Assembly (NCBI GenBank): GCA_029880585.1
Contig: JAOUOC010000001.1
Span: forward strand, 1 to 52,841
DNA length: 52,841 bases
Direction of reading: 5' to 3'
Origin: Gammaproteobacteria bacterium
GTDB taxonomy: Bacteria; Pseudomonadota; Gammaproteobacteria; Enterobacterales; Kangiellaceae
Position numbers and translations under genes: made by a program. Below, in pieces: positions 1-9,783 of the stretch. Each line of letters begins with the position of its first letter. Position 1 is the stretch's first letter. The notes under the pieces were generated by a model. It did not search any database. It was not told where the DNA came from and saw only the letters and a list, made by a program, of their open reading frames with translations.

Positions 1-84
1 TTAAAATTACTGCATATTTCCCCTTTTTTTGTCAAAAAATCAGCTTTTAAAACAAAAATTGAGTCAATTTTTTTCAAGCCACAA

Positions 85-2481
85 TTAATGTGGTTTGATG
101 TATTCTTCGTCTTTTTCGTCTTGATTTTTCACTTCCGTCAAAGACTTTTCCTGATTAACCAGAGGCGTTGGCAAGCTAATCAATGCTTTTTCCAACACTT
201 CATCAATCCATTTTACAGGTATTATCTCCAATCCATCGATGACATTATCCGGAATATCTTCCAGATTTTTACGATTTTTAAAGGGGATTAAAACTCTTTT
301 TATTCCGCCTCTGTGAGCTGCAAGTAATTTCTCTTTCAACCCACCTATAGGGAGAACCTCTCCACGGAGCGTTATTTCCCCTGTCATGGCAACATCTTTT
401 CTTACAGCAATACCCGTTAAAGCTGAGACCAGAGCAGTGCATATCGCACTACCTGCGCTTGGACCATCCTTTGGCGTTGCGCCCTCAGGAACATGAACAT
501 GAATATCACTGGTTTGATAGAAGTCATGTTTAATTCCAAGAGCTTCTGAACGGCTTCTTACGACTGTCATAGCTGCTTTTACAGATTCTTGCATTACCTT
601 ACCCAAATGACCGGTTGACTGGGTTTTACCATTACCATTTATGATTGCAGCTTCAATAGTTAGCAAATCTCCACCTGCCTGAGTCCATGCCAAACCTGTC
701 ACCAATCCGACCTGATCTTTTTCGCCAGCCTGACCATAATCAAATTTTTCTACACCGAGTAATTTTGCTAAATTCTTGTTGGTAACTTTAATCTGCTCTT
801 TCTTTTTGTCGAATAAAAGCTGTTTTACTACTTTTCGACAAATTTTGGATATTTCTCTTTCCAAACTTCTAACGCCTGCTTCGCGCGTATATTTTCGGAT
901 TATTTCTTTAATAGATAAATCAGCGATCTTTAAATCATCTTGTTCTAAACCGTTTACATTCATCTGTTTAGGTAACAAATATCGTCTTGCAATATTCATT
1001 TTCTCATCTTCTGTATAACCAGACAGATTGATCACTTCCATTCTATCTAAAAGAGGATCTGGAATATTCATTGAATTGGCAGTGCAAACGAACATAACTT
1101 CAGACAAATCATAATCTACTTCAAGATAGTGATCGCTAAATTTGTTATTTTGCTCCGGATCAAGTACTTCCAGTAGCGCAGAAGCAGGGTCGCCGCGCAT
1201 ATCCATAGCCATTTTATCAATTTCATCTAATAAAAACAGCGGGTTTTTAACCTTGGCTTTACTCAATTTTTGCAGTATTTTTCCAGGCATAGAACCAATA
1301 TAAGTTCTCCTGTGACCTCTTATTTCGGCCTCGTCACGCACGCCTCCAAGTGACATTCTGACAAACTCTCTGCCTGTGGCCTTGGCAATTGATTCACCCA
1401 ATGATGTTTTCCCGACACCAGGCGGCCCAACCAGACATAACACTGAACCTTTAAGTTTTTTCACTCTGGTTTGCACAGCCAAATATTCAAGAATGCGCTC
1501 TTTTACTTCTTCAAGACCATAATGATCTGCTTCAAGAATATCTTGAGCAAATTTAATATCCTGATTTAGTTTACTTCTTTTTTTCCAGGGTATTCCAATT
1601 AACCAATCGAGATAACCACGTATAACAGTAGCTTCAGCAGACATGCTGGACATCATTTTAAGTTTTTTCAGTTCGCTGTGGGCTTTTTCTCTGACATCTT
1701 TGGGCATACCAGCATCATCAATATTTTTGCCCAGCTCCTCTATTTCACTAAAATCATCATCACCCAATTCTTTCTGAATTGCCTTGACCTGTTCATTAAG
1801 ATAATAGTCTCTCTGACTTTTATCCATCTGCTTTTTAACCCGCCCGCGTATTTTTTTCTCTACATTAAGCAGATCAATTTCAGATTCCATCAACGCAATT
1901 AGATATTCTATCCGCTCGGAAATCGATGTAATTTCCAAAACTTTTTGTTTTTTGGATATTTTAAGCAATAAATGGGCAGAAATGATATTGGATAATTTAT
2001 CCAGATCTTCAACAGTATTAATACTGTTTAAAACTTCAATAGGTATCTTTTTGTTTAATTTAACGTAGTTTTCAAAAATTTCTTTGGCATAGCGAATAAG
2101 AACATCCTGAGATTCAGAAAGCTGTATAGATTCAAGGATCTGATAATCAGAACTCCAAAAACTACCTCCTGTTGTGAGCTTTGAAAGCTTGACTCGCGAA
2201 ACACCCTCAACCAAAACTTTCAGGTTTCCATCAGGCAATTTGAGCAATTGAAGAATATTTGCCAAACAACCAATAGAATAAACATCTTTTTGCCCTGGAG
2301 AATCAGTATTAGCATCCTTTTGAGCTACCAACAAAACCTGATTATGGTTGTCTGATGCATATTCCAAAGCCTGAATTGACTTTTCTCGTCCCACAAATAG
2401 TGGAATTACCATATTGGGAAACACCACAACATCTCTGAGTGGTAAAACCGGAATTTGAATACTTTCTTTTTCAATAGTCAT
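85..2481 (-). CDS. lon: ATP-dependent protease La (Lon)
   Basis: N-terminal [10 protein letters not shown], Walker [10 protein letters not shown], catalytic PKDGPSAG and GGLKEK motifs; downstream of clpX. Confidence 0.98.
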   Translation of the reverse strand: MTIEKESIQIPVLPLRDVVVFPNMVIPLFVGREKSIQALEYASDNHNQVLLVAQKDANTDSPGQKDVYSIGCLANILQLLKLPDGNLKVLVEGVSRVKLSKLTTGGSFWSSDYQILESIQLSESQDVLIRYAKEIFENYVKLNKKIPIEVLNSINTVEDLDKLSNIISAHLLLKISKKQKVLEITSISERIEYLIALMESEIDLLNVEKKIRGRVKKQMDKSQRDYYLNEQVKAIQKELGDDDFSEIEELGKNIDDAGMPKDVREKAHSELKKLKMMSSMSAEATVIRGYLDWLIGIPWKKRSKLNQDIKFAQDILEADHYGLEEVKERILEYLAVQTRVKKLKGSVLCLVGPPGVGKTSLGESIAKATGREFVRMSLGGVRDEAEIRGHRRTYIGSMPGKILQKLSKAKVKNPLFLLDEIDKMAMDMRGDPASALLEVLDPEQNNKFSDHYLEVDYDLSEVMFVCTANSMNIPDPLLDRMEVINLSGYTEDEKMNIARRYLLPKQMNVNGLEQDDLKIADLSIKEIIRKYTREAGVRSLEREISKICRKVVKQLLFDKKKEQIKVTNKNLAKLLGVEKFDYGQAGEKDQVGLVTGLAWTQAGGDLLTIEAAIINGNGKTQSTGHLGKVMQESVKAAMTVVRSRSEALGIKHDFYQTSDIHVHVPEGATPKDGPSAGSAICTALVSALTGIAVRKDVAMTGEITLRGEVLPIGGLKEKLLAAHRGGIKRVLIPFKNRKNLEDIPDNVIDGLEIIPVKWIDEVLEKALISLPTPLVNQEKSLTEVKNQDEKDEEYIKPH

Positions 2482-2621
2482 TTTGTTTCTCAGTGCTCGG
2501 CAAGAAGATGCTTCAATTGGTCAAAATCTACTGATTTGTAGCCAATACCTTATATAGTCTATTGCCAGTCGAGTTGGTTCAATTTTAAATCAATTCGCAA
2601 TATAACGTTTTCTTCAGACTA

Positions 2622-2649
2622 TTATTGGGACGAATAGCAATTTTTCAAC
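2622..2649 (-). promoter_or_regulatory. Putative sigma-32 (heat-shock) promoter of lon
   Basis: Minus strand GTTGAAA-N13-CCCAATAA resembles the RpoH consensus TTGAAA-N13/14-CCCCATNT; lon is a classic RpoH target. Confidence 0.65.
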
Positions 2650-2675
2650 AAAAAAAACTGGCCTTAACCAGTTTT
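2650..2675 (-). terminator. Intrinsic terminator after clpX
   Basis: Minus strand AACTGG-TTAAGG-CCAGTT followed by a long T run directly after the clpX stop. Confidence 0.65.
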
Positions 2676-3957
2676 ATTGCTCAACTGCTTTTTTGTCCTG
2701 ATTTTCATAGATTAAAAGTGGTTCAGACTCACCATCAACGACAGCAGCATCTATAGCAACTTTGGAAACAGATTCCAGGGAAGGCAAATCATACATGGTG
2801 TCCAGTAAAACTTTTTCAAGAATTGAACGCAAGCCCCTGGCACCGGTTTTTCTTTCCATAGCCTTTTGCGCAACTGCTTTTAAGGCATCTTCCCTGAATT
2901 CAAGATTGACGCCTTCCATCTCAAACAATTTTCCATACTGTTTGGTTAAAGCATTTTTAGGTTCAGTTAAAATCTTGATCAAGGATGCTTCATCCAGCTC
3001 TTCCAAAGTTGCAATTACAGGCAAACGCCCAACAAATTCAGGGATCAAACCGTATTTAACCAAATCATCAGGTTCAATTTCTTTAAAAACCTCACCTACA
3101 TTTTTGTTATCATCTTTGCTTCTTACCTGAGCGGAAAATCCAATTCCAGAACGCTCACTTCTATCTCTGATAATTTTATCAAGCCCGGCAAAAGCCCCGC
3201 CACAAATGAACAGAATACTACTGGTGTCAACTTGCAGGAATTCCTGTTGTGGATGCTTGCGCCCACCTTGAGGAGGAACTGAAGCCACGGTACCTTCAAT
3301 AAGCTTTAAGAGCGCCTGTTGAACACCTTCGCCTGAAACATCACGAGTAATAGAGGGATTGTCTGATTTTCTTGAAATTTTGTCGATCTCGTCGATATAC
3401 ACAATACCTTTTTGCGCCTTTTCGACATCATAATCGCATTTTTGTAGCAATTTTTGAATGATATTTTCAACATCTTCACCTACATAACCAGCCTCAGTGA
3501 GTGTTGTAGCGTCAGCAATAGTAAAAGGTACATCCAGTAATCTGGCAAGAGTCTCGGCTAGCAGCGTTTTACCGCTTCCTGTTGGGCCAACCAATAAAAT
3601 ATTACTTTTACCCAGCTCTACCTCTTCACTGCGGTTAGTGTCAGTTTGCAATCTCTTGTAATGATTGTATACCGCAACAGACAGGACACGCTTGGCAGCA
3701 GATTGCCCAATGACATACTGCTCAAGTATCTCATTTATTTCTCTTGGTTTTGGCAGTTTATCTTGTTCACTATCCTGCGCAACTTCCTGAATTTCTTCAC
3801 GAATTATATCATTGCACAGTTCTACGCATTCATCACAGATAAATACCGATGGGCCAGCGATTAACTTTCGGACTTCATGTTGGCTCTTACCGCAAAAAGA
3901 ACAGTAAAGCAGCTTTCCATTGTCATCACTTCCGCCAGATTTTCTGTTGTCACTCAT
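2674..3957 (-). CDS. clpX: ATP-dependent Clp protease ATP-binding subunit ClpX
   Basis: C4 zinc finger CSFC...[29 protein letters not shown] loop. Confidence 0.99.
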   Translation of the reverse strand: MSDNRKSGGSDDNGKLLYCSFCGKSQHEVRKLIAGPSVFICDECVELCNDIIREEIQEVAQDSEQDKLPKPREINEILEQYVIGQSAAKRVLSVAVYNHYKRLQTDTNRSEEVELGKSNILLVGPTGSGKTLLAETLARLLDVPFTIADATTLTEAGYVGEDVENIIQKLLQKCDYDVEKAQKGIVYIDEIDKISRKSDNPSITRDVSGEGVQQALLKLIEGTVASVPPQGGRKHPQQEFLQVDTSSILFICGGAFAGLDKIIRDRSERSGIGFSAQVRSKDDNKNVGEVFKEIEPDDLVKYGLIPEFVGRLPVIATLEELDEASLIKILTEPKNALTKQYGKLFEMEGVNLEFREDALKAVAQKAMERKTGARGLRSILEKVLLDTMYDLPSLESVSKVAIDAAVVDGESEPLLIYENQDKKAVEQ

Positions 3958-4108
3958 TGGTCACCTTTAAAGCTTTCTACCGTATCTTTAAACCAGAAGG
4001 ACAAAATCATTCCTACCTGTTAGCTTAGACCTTTTTACCTAGGTTTGTCGACTATAAAGTGGCAAAAAAATCCTGAATTGTGATAATTTTCCAGATAATT
4101 ACTGATAA

Positions 4109-4729
4109 CTAGCCTCTGGTGCTCATAACGCTATCGACTATACCGTAATCAGCAGCTTCCTGCGCACTCATAAAATTATCTCTATCAGTATCTTTTTCCA
4201 GATCTTTCAGCTTCTTGCCAGTATGGTCTGCCAGTATCTTGTTTAGCGTTTCACGCATTTTAAGAATTTCTCTGGCGTGAATTTCAATATCAGAAGCCTG
4301 ACCTTGAAATCCACCTAATGGTTGATGAATCATAATTCTGGAGTTAGGTAAAGCAAATCTCTTGCCTTTAGCACCACCAGCAAGTAAAAAAGCCCCCATA
4401 CTACAAGCCTGCCCGATACATAAAGTCGAAACGTCTGGCTTGATAAATTGCATGGTATCGTAAATGGCCATTCCGGCTGTTACTGCACCGCCAGGAGAAT
4501 TTATATAAAGAGAGATATCTTTATCAGGATTTTCGGATTCCAAAAATAACATCTGAGCAACGATAAGATTGGCCATATGATCTTCCACTGGCCCTACAAG
4601 AAAGATGACTCGCTCTTTCAACAATCTCGAGTAGATATCGTAAGAACGCTCACCCTTTGCTGTCTGCTCAACAACCATTGGAATAAGCCCAAGAGCTTGT
4701 TCATTCATTAGTGATTCAGTTGCTGTCAT
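4109..4729 (-). CDS. clpP: ATP-dependent Clp protease proteolytic subunit ClpP
   Basis: [32 protein letters not shown] motifs. Confidence 0.99.
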   Translation of the reverse strand: MTATESLMNEQALGLIPMVVEQTAKGERSYDIYSRLLKERVIFLVGPVEDHMANLIVAQMLFLESENPDKDISLYINSPGGAVTAGMAIYDTMQFIKPDVSTLCIGQACSMGAFLLAGGAKGKRFALPNSRIMIHQPLGGFQGQASDIEIHAREILKMRETLNKILADHTGKKLKDLEKDTDRDNFMSAQEAADYGIVDSVMSTRG

Positions 4730-4758
4730 ATCATTTCCTTTTCTCTTCTAAAAATCAA

Positions 4759-4820
4759 AACCCAATACCCAAGCTGAAACAGTTTTATTAGTTAAACTAT
4801 AGCAGCTTAGATACTGGGTT
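4759..4820 (-). other. Long RNA hairpin in the tig-clpP spacer
   Basis: Minus strand AACCCAGTATCTAAGCTG pairs with CAGCTTGGGTATTGGGTT (18 bp, 3 G-U pairs), with an inner stem ATAGTTT/AAACTGT. Confidence 0.65.
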
Positions 4821-4854
4821 GTTAAATATAAAATCACTAAATTCTATATTTTTT

Positions 4855-6264
4855 TTATTTTTTAGAGGCTTTTTTGCTTGTCGCCTTTTTACTTGTTGTT
4901 TTCTCGCCAGTTTCTTTCTTCTTGCTTGCCTTTTTAGAAGTAGACTTTTTTGCAGGTTTATCCGCTTGTTTGCCAGGATTCATTACCTCGTCGAAGGATA
5001 ATTTACTAACCTTAACCTTGGCAGAGGACAATACAAAATCTATTACACTATCTTCCAATACAAGTTGTTCAATTTCAGCCAGTCTGTTTTTATCAGACAT
5101 ATAGTAATTAACAACTTCTTCCGGCTGTTCGTAAACCGATGCCAATTCTTCCAAACGGGATTTAACCTGTGCTGAATCAGCTCTAAGATCATTTTGTTTA
5201 ATGATTTCCGAAAGAAGCAAACCTAATTTGACTCGTCGCTCTGCTCGATCCTGAAATAATTCTGATGGCAAATCAGGCAAATTCCCACCCTGAGCGCCAC
5301 CAAATTGCTGCATTGCCTGAGCCTTTAGCTGCTCAATTTCACCTTCAACCATTGAAGCAGGAATATCAAAATCATGGGCATCAACCAATGCAGACATAAC
5401 AGCTTCTTTAACTCTACCCTGTACTGATTGGCTTAATTCTCTTTCCATATTTTTACGGATATCAGCTTTCATGGCATCGACATCACCTTTTTCAATGCCA
5501 AGCTTTTCCGCCAACTCTTTTTGGGACAAATTCTTTTTACTGTTAACCGTTTTTACCAAAGTTTCAAATACTGCTTTTTTACCCGCCACTTCCTGACTTT
5601 GATAATCCTCAGGGAATGTAACTTTTATATCCAGACTGTCGCCCGCCTTGCAGCCTGTTAATTGATCTTCAAAGCCCGGAATCATCTGGCCTGTGCCTAA
5701 CACAACTGCAAAATCATTAGCTGAACCGCCTGCAAAAGCCTCTTTATCGATTGTTCCTTTAAAATCGATAATCACCTGATCTTTTTCTTTTGCCTTTCCT
5801 TTACTTTCTACCCAGTCAGCCTGTTGTTCACAGAGCGTACCAATCATTTTATTCAAATCATCATCACTAACTGATGATTCAAGTTTCTCGACAGAAAGTT
5901 TTTTGAAATCTGTTATTTTGGGTTCTGGATAAATATCGAATATCGCTGTAAATTCAAGATCTTTACCTTCATCAACATTAATTGCTTCAATTTTAGGAAC
6001 ACCAGCTGGCTGAAGCTTTTCTTGCATCACAGCTTCATAGAATGAACGTTGCATAACGTCGTTGATCACGTCTTGTCTAACGTGCTTACCAAACTGCTTC
6101 TTAATGACATTAAGCGGAATTTTACCAGGACGAAAACCTTTTAGCCTTTGTGTTTTGGCTAATTCTTTCATCTTGTCCAAAGCGACATCATCTACCTTGC
6201 TCGCTGGTACGGCAATAGTTAGCTTACGCTCTAAACCACTGGTTGTTTCAACTGAAACTTGCAT
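4855..6264 (-). CDS. tig: Trigger factor with Lys-rich C-terminal tail
   Basis: MQVSVETTSGLER start, GFRPGK ribosome-binding signature, FKBP domain (MIPGFE); tig-clpP-clpX-lon synteny. Confidence 0.97.
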   Translation of the reverse strand: MQVSVETTSGLERKLTIAVPASKVDDVALDKMKELAKTQRLKGFRPGKIPLNVIKKQFGKHVRQDVINDVMQRSFYEAVMQEKLQPAGVPKIEAINVDEGKDLEFTAIFDIYPEPKITDFKKLSVEKLESSVSDDDLNKMIGTLCEQQADWVESKGKAKEKDQVIIDFKGTIDKEAFAGGSANDFAVVLGTGQMIPGFEDQLTGCKAGDSLDIKVTFPEDYQSQEVAGKKAVFETLVKTVNSKKNLSQKELAEKLGIEKGDVDAMKADIRKNMERELSQSVQGRVKEAVMSALVDAHDFDIPASMVEGEIEQLKAQAMQQFGGAQGGNLPDLPSELFQDRAERRVKLGLLLSEIIKQNDLRADSAQVKSRLEELASVYEQPEEVVNYYMSDKNRLAEIEQLVLEDSVIDFVLSSAKVKVSKLSFDEVMNPGKQADKPAKKSTSKKASKKKETGEKTTSKKATSKKASKK

Positions 6265-6367
6265 TTATTTGCTCCAACTGACTTTCAATAATTATCTTTT
6301 ATTCAATTATCACCAAAGTGTCAGATTGTTATCTTTCTAGCTCTGTATGAATTACTATTTACACAAA

Positions 6368-6452
<85 letters not shown>

Positions 6453-6512
6453 CTATTTGTGTTTACATTAATCTGATATTGAGCAAGCTTGCTCTAATAC
6501 CTGATTGATATA

Positions 6513-6589
6513 TGGGGTGGACGATGGGGATTGAACCCACGACCACCGGAATCACAATCCGGGGCTCTACCAACTGAGCTACGTCCACC
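6513..6589 (-). tRNA. tRNA-His(GTG)
   Basis: GGTGGACGTAGCTCAGTTGGTAGAGC, anticodon arm CCGGA-TTGTGAT-TCCGG, GGTTCAATCC, G-1/C73, CCA. Confidence 0.97.
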
Positions 6590-6724
6590 ATAAAAATTGT
6601 TTGCGTTAATCTCTTATAGCTCAAAGAGTATAAACGCATTTCGGTACAAAACTTAACTGACTTTGTCAGTTTTATTTGCACTGTCAATAACTCACAATTG
6701 AATCAATACCCAGACACATTAAAC

Positions 6725-6801
6725 TGGCGCGCCCGGCAGGATTCGAACCTGCTACCCTCGGCTTAGAAGGCCGATGCTCTATCCAGATGAGCTACGGGCG
6801 C
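6725..6801 (-). tRNA. tRNA-Arg(TCT)
   Basis: GCGCCCGTAGCTCATCTGGATAGAGCA, anticodon arm TCGGC-CTTCTAA-GCCGA, GGTTCGAATCC, CCA. Confidence 0.97.
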
Positions 6802-6863
6802 ATTGTTCCAATGTAAACCCCACGTACAAAACACCGAAAAATGAATTTCGAGTGTTCAAAACC

Positions 6864-6940
6864 TGGTCGGGGAAGAGGGATTCGAACCCCCGACATCCTG
6901 CACCCAAAGCAGGCGCGCTACCAGACTGCGCTATTCCCCG
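6864..6940 (-). tRNA. tRNA-Pro(TGG)
   Basis: CGGGGAATAGCGCAGTCTGGTAGCGCG, anticodon arm CCTGC-TTTGGGT-GCAGG, GGTTCGAATCC, CCA. Confidence 0.97.
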
Positions 6941-6970
6941 TATATATCTATTGGGCGTTGTGACCCAACG

Positions 6971-7007
6971 AGCGCGGAATAATACTGGCTAAAGCGTTTT
7001 CCGTCAA
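6971..7007 (-). promoter_or_regulatory. Sigma-70 stable-RNA promoter of the tRNA operon
   Basis: TTGACG (7007-7002), 17-nt spacer, TATTAT (6984-6979), then a GC-rich discriminator TCCGCGC; AT-rich UP-like tract upstream. Confidence 0.8.
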
Positions 7008-7113
7008 CAAGCAATGATAATTATTTTGAAAAAAAATTTTTACTTGGCTTTGCTTACAACAACTGAGAAAATAGAAATCCTGTTTTTTTATAACTGGCAG
7101 AAAAAAATATCAT

Positions 7114-7989
7114 ATGGTAGCAAAGCGAATTGATGGCAATAAAATATCTCTTGAACTTAGAAATGAGATCAAACAAAAGGTAGAATTACGACTAAAAGAA
7201 GGCAAAACTGCTCCCAATTTAGCGGTAATTCTTGTTGGCAATGACCCTGCTTCCAACGTTTACGTAAACAAAAAAATAAATGCTTGTCATGAAATAGGCT
7301 TTAAATCCACGCATATAGAACTGGATCGTTCTGTCTCACAAGAACAGCTTATCGAAGAAATTAGAAAATTAAATGACGACAAGTCTGTTAACGGGATATT
7401 GGTTCAGCTACCTCTGCCTGATCATCTTGATGCCAGTGAAGTGATTGAGACAATATCTCCTTTAAAAGATGTTGATTGTTTTCATCCCTACAATATTGGC
7501 AGGTTGGTTCAAAGAATTCCCTTATTAAGACCATGCACCCCTTATGGCGTTATTCATATGCTGGATTCAATAGGTTTTGAGCCCAGAGGAAGACATGCTG
7601 TAATTGTAGGTGCTAGTAACATTGTCGGCCGTCCTATGGCTATGGAGTTACTCCTTAGAGGAGCCACTGTCACTGTCTGTCATAAATTTACTGACGATTT
7701 ACCCTCTTTTGTCTCACAGGCAGATTTGTTAGTCGTGGGAGTTGGTATTCCAAACCTTGTCAAAGGAAACTGGATCAAGCCTGATGCCGTAGTAATTGAT
7801 GTCGGGATCAACAGAATGGATAATGGTCAACTTACAGGTGACGTAGAGTTTGACGTTGCAGAACAAAGAGCCAGTTGGATAACGCCAGTACCAGGTGGAG
7901 TAGGGCCGATGACGGTTGCAATGTTAATGAAAAACACATTGATGGCTTCAGAGATGGCCGAGGAAAATACTGATATGCCCTCTAAATAG
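7114..7989 (+). CDS. folD: Bifunctional methylenetetrahydrofolate dehydrogenase/cyclohydrolase
   Basis: [39 protein letters not shown] motifs; divergent from the tRNA-Pro/Arg cluster. Confidence 0.98.
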   Translation: MVAKRIDGNKISLELRNEIKQKVELRLKEGKTAPNLAVILVGNDPASNVYVNKKINACHEIGFKSTHIELDRSVSQEQLIEEIRKLNDDKSVNGILVQLPLPDHLDASEVIETISPLKDVDCFHPYNIGRLVQRIPLLRPCTPYGVIHMLDSIGFEPRGRHAVIVGASNIVGRPMAMELLLRGATVTVCHKFTDDLPSFVSQADLLVVGVGIPNLVKGNWIKPDAVVIDVGINRMDNGQLTGDVEFDVAEQRASWITPVPGGVGPMTVAMLMKNTLMASEMAEENTDMPSK

Positions 7990-7990
7990 C

Positions 7991-8019
7991 AAAACAGCAA
8001 TCATAATGATTGCTGCTTC
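7991..8019. terminator. Probable shared terminator between convergent folD and mreB
   Basis: Perfect stem CAGCAATCA-TAA-TGATTGCTG (7995-8015) with AAAA on the left, giving a U-tail for the mreB strand. Confidence 0.7.
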
Positions 8020-8046
8020 ACGTTTAAAATCAAATCATGTTTTTAA

Positions 8047-9090
8047 TTAATCCTGAGAAAAAAGATCGCCACCGTGCTCTTCAATAGTTTCAAGAGCTAT
8101 CCCGCCACCACGCGCAACACAGGTTAAAGGATCTTCAGCAACAATTACCGGTAAACCTGTTTCTTCTAAAAACATTCTATCTATATCCCTGATCAAGGCT
8201 CCACCGCCAGTTAAAACGATTCCTCTCTCGGAAATGTCAGCCGCCAATTCTGGAGGTGATTTTTCAAGAACTGATCTCACAGCCTTTACAATACCATTAA
8301 GTGGATCTTGCAGAGCTTCCAGCACTTCGTTACTGTTAATGGTAAAACTCTTTGGAACTCCCTCTGCCAAATTACGACCACGAACATCTATCTCCAACAC
8401 TTCACTGCTCGGATAGGCATTGCCAATTTCATGTTTGATTTTCTCTGCAGTTGCATCACCTATGACGGTGCCATAATTACGTCGAATGTAATCAATAATA
8501 GCTTCATCAAACTTGTCACCACCAATTCTGACAGAATCCGCCGATACAACACCATTTAATGACAAAAGTGCTATTTCCGTTGTACCACCACCAATATCGA
8601 CCACCATAGAACCATGAGCTTCACCAACTGGTAAACCTGCGCCAACTGCTGCTGCAACAGGTTCTTCGATCAAATACACATCTCTAGCACCTGCATCATA
8701 AGCCGATTGCTTAATTGCGTTTCGTTCTACTTGAGTAGAACCAAAGGGAATACAAATTAAAACCCGTGGACTTGGTCGCATAAAAAACTGTGTATCATGA
8801 ACCTTGAGAATAAATTCCTGTAACATTTTTTTGGTGACATCAAAATCTGCTATGACACCATCTTTCATAGGTCTGATAGCAGTAATATTGCCTGGTGTTC
8901 TACCTAGCATTAATTTCGCATCGCGACCAACTGCTGCGATAGATTTGCCACCACCTCTTTCATGGCGAATGGCCACAACTGAAGGTTCATTTAAAACAAT
9001 TCCCTTGTCTCTCATATAAATCAAGGTATTGGCTGTCCCCAGATCAATAGAAAGGTCAGCAGAAAAAAGCCCTTTAATCTTGTTAAACAT
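8047..9090 (-). CDS. mreB: Rod shape-determining actin homologue MreB
   Basis: [53 protein letters not shown]; N-terminal amphipathic helix. Confidence 0.98.
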   Translation of the reverse strand: MFNKIKGLFSADLSIDLGTANTLIYMRDKGIVLNEPSVVAIRHERGGGKSIAAVGRDAKLMLGRTPGNITAIRPMKDGVIADFDVTKKMLQEFILKVHDTQFFMRPSPRVLICIPFGSTQVERNAIKQSAYDAGARDVYLIEEPVAAAVGAGLPVGEAHGSMVVDIGGGTTEIALLSLNGVVSADSVRIGGDKFDEAIIDYIRRNYGTVIGDATAEKIKHEIGNAYPSSEVLEIDVRGRNLAEGVPKSFTINSNEVLEALQDPLNGIVKAVRSVLEKSPPELAADISERGIVLTGGGALIRDIDRMFLEETGLPVIVAEDPLTCVARGGGIALETIEEHGGDLFSQD

Positions 9091-9264
9091 AATTTAGTGT
9101 AATTCCGCGTTGTAACTTAATTTAAACATTATTATCATTTGATTTGCTATTAGCAAATGATCTGCCCCGATTATCGCTTACTTCCTGATTAAACAGAAGA
9201 GCAAATTGCTAAAATTATAGAGAATTATGATAGATTTCAAAAGATTATGGTGAAATAAGACAAC

Positions 9265-9759
9265 ATGCTTAAAATTATTCCTGCAAAAACAAGCGATTCC
9301 AATCATATTGCTGAAATAGCCAAACCTATTTGGCGAGAGCACTATACACCAATTATTGGCGCCGATCAGGTTGAATATATGCTTAAAAACTTTCAAAGTC
9401 AGCTTGCAGTTGAAAAACAAATGAATGAAGGCTACTCGTATTTTATTATTCAGTTTGATAATTCGACAGCAGGTTACATGTCCGTGCAACAAAGAGAAAA
9501 CACACTATTCCTGAGTAAGTTTTACCTTTCAAATCTGTATCGAGGTCAAGGACTTGCCAGAAAAATGCTTGATTATATCGAAGCGCTTGGCTGTCAACTT
9601 GGTTGTGAAATTATTGAATTAACCGTCAATAAATATAATCCCGCCTATCACATCTATTTAAAAATGGGATTTGTTTCAATTGAATCAATTCAAATTGATA
9701 TTGGAGAAGGATATATTATGGATGACTACAGAATGCAAAAAGTGTTGGCAGACAATTAA
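9265..9759 (+). CDS. GNAT family N-acetyltransferase
   Basis: Acetyl-CoA motif YRGQGLA, LTVNKYN..YLKMGF; 164 aa. Confidence 0.85.
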   Translation: MLKIIPAKTSDSNHIAEIAKPIWREHYTPIIGADQVEYMLKNFQSQLAVEKQMNEGYSYFIIQFDNSTAGYMSVQQRENTLFLSKFYLSNLYRGQGLARKMLDYIEALGCQLGCEIIELTVNKYNPAYHIYLKMGFVSIESIQIDIGEGYIMDDYRMQKVLADN

Positions 9760-9783
9760 CTTCTACTAACTAATATCTTACAA

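Noticed and set aside
1-84. A/T-tract-rich region after lon with TTGAC-like hexamers (possible hupB promoter)
   Set aside because: The downstream gene is outside the window and no convincing -35/-10 pair could be fixed.
6463-6992. ORFs 6463-6687 (-) and 6774-6992 (+)
   Set aside because: They overlap tRNA genes; spurious translations.
7010-7030. AATGATAATTATT Fur-box-like sequence between the tRNA operon and folD
   Set aside because: Only a partial match in very AT-rich DNA; better explained as the UP region of the tRNA promoter.
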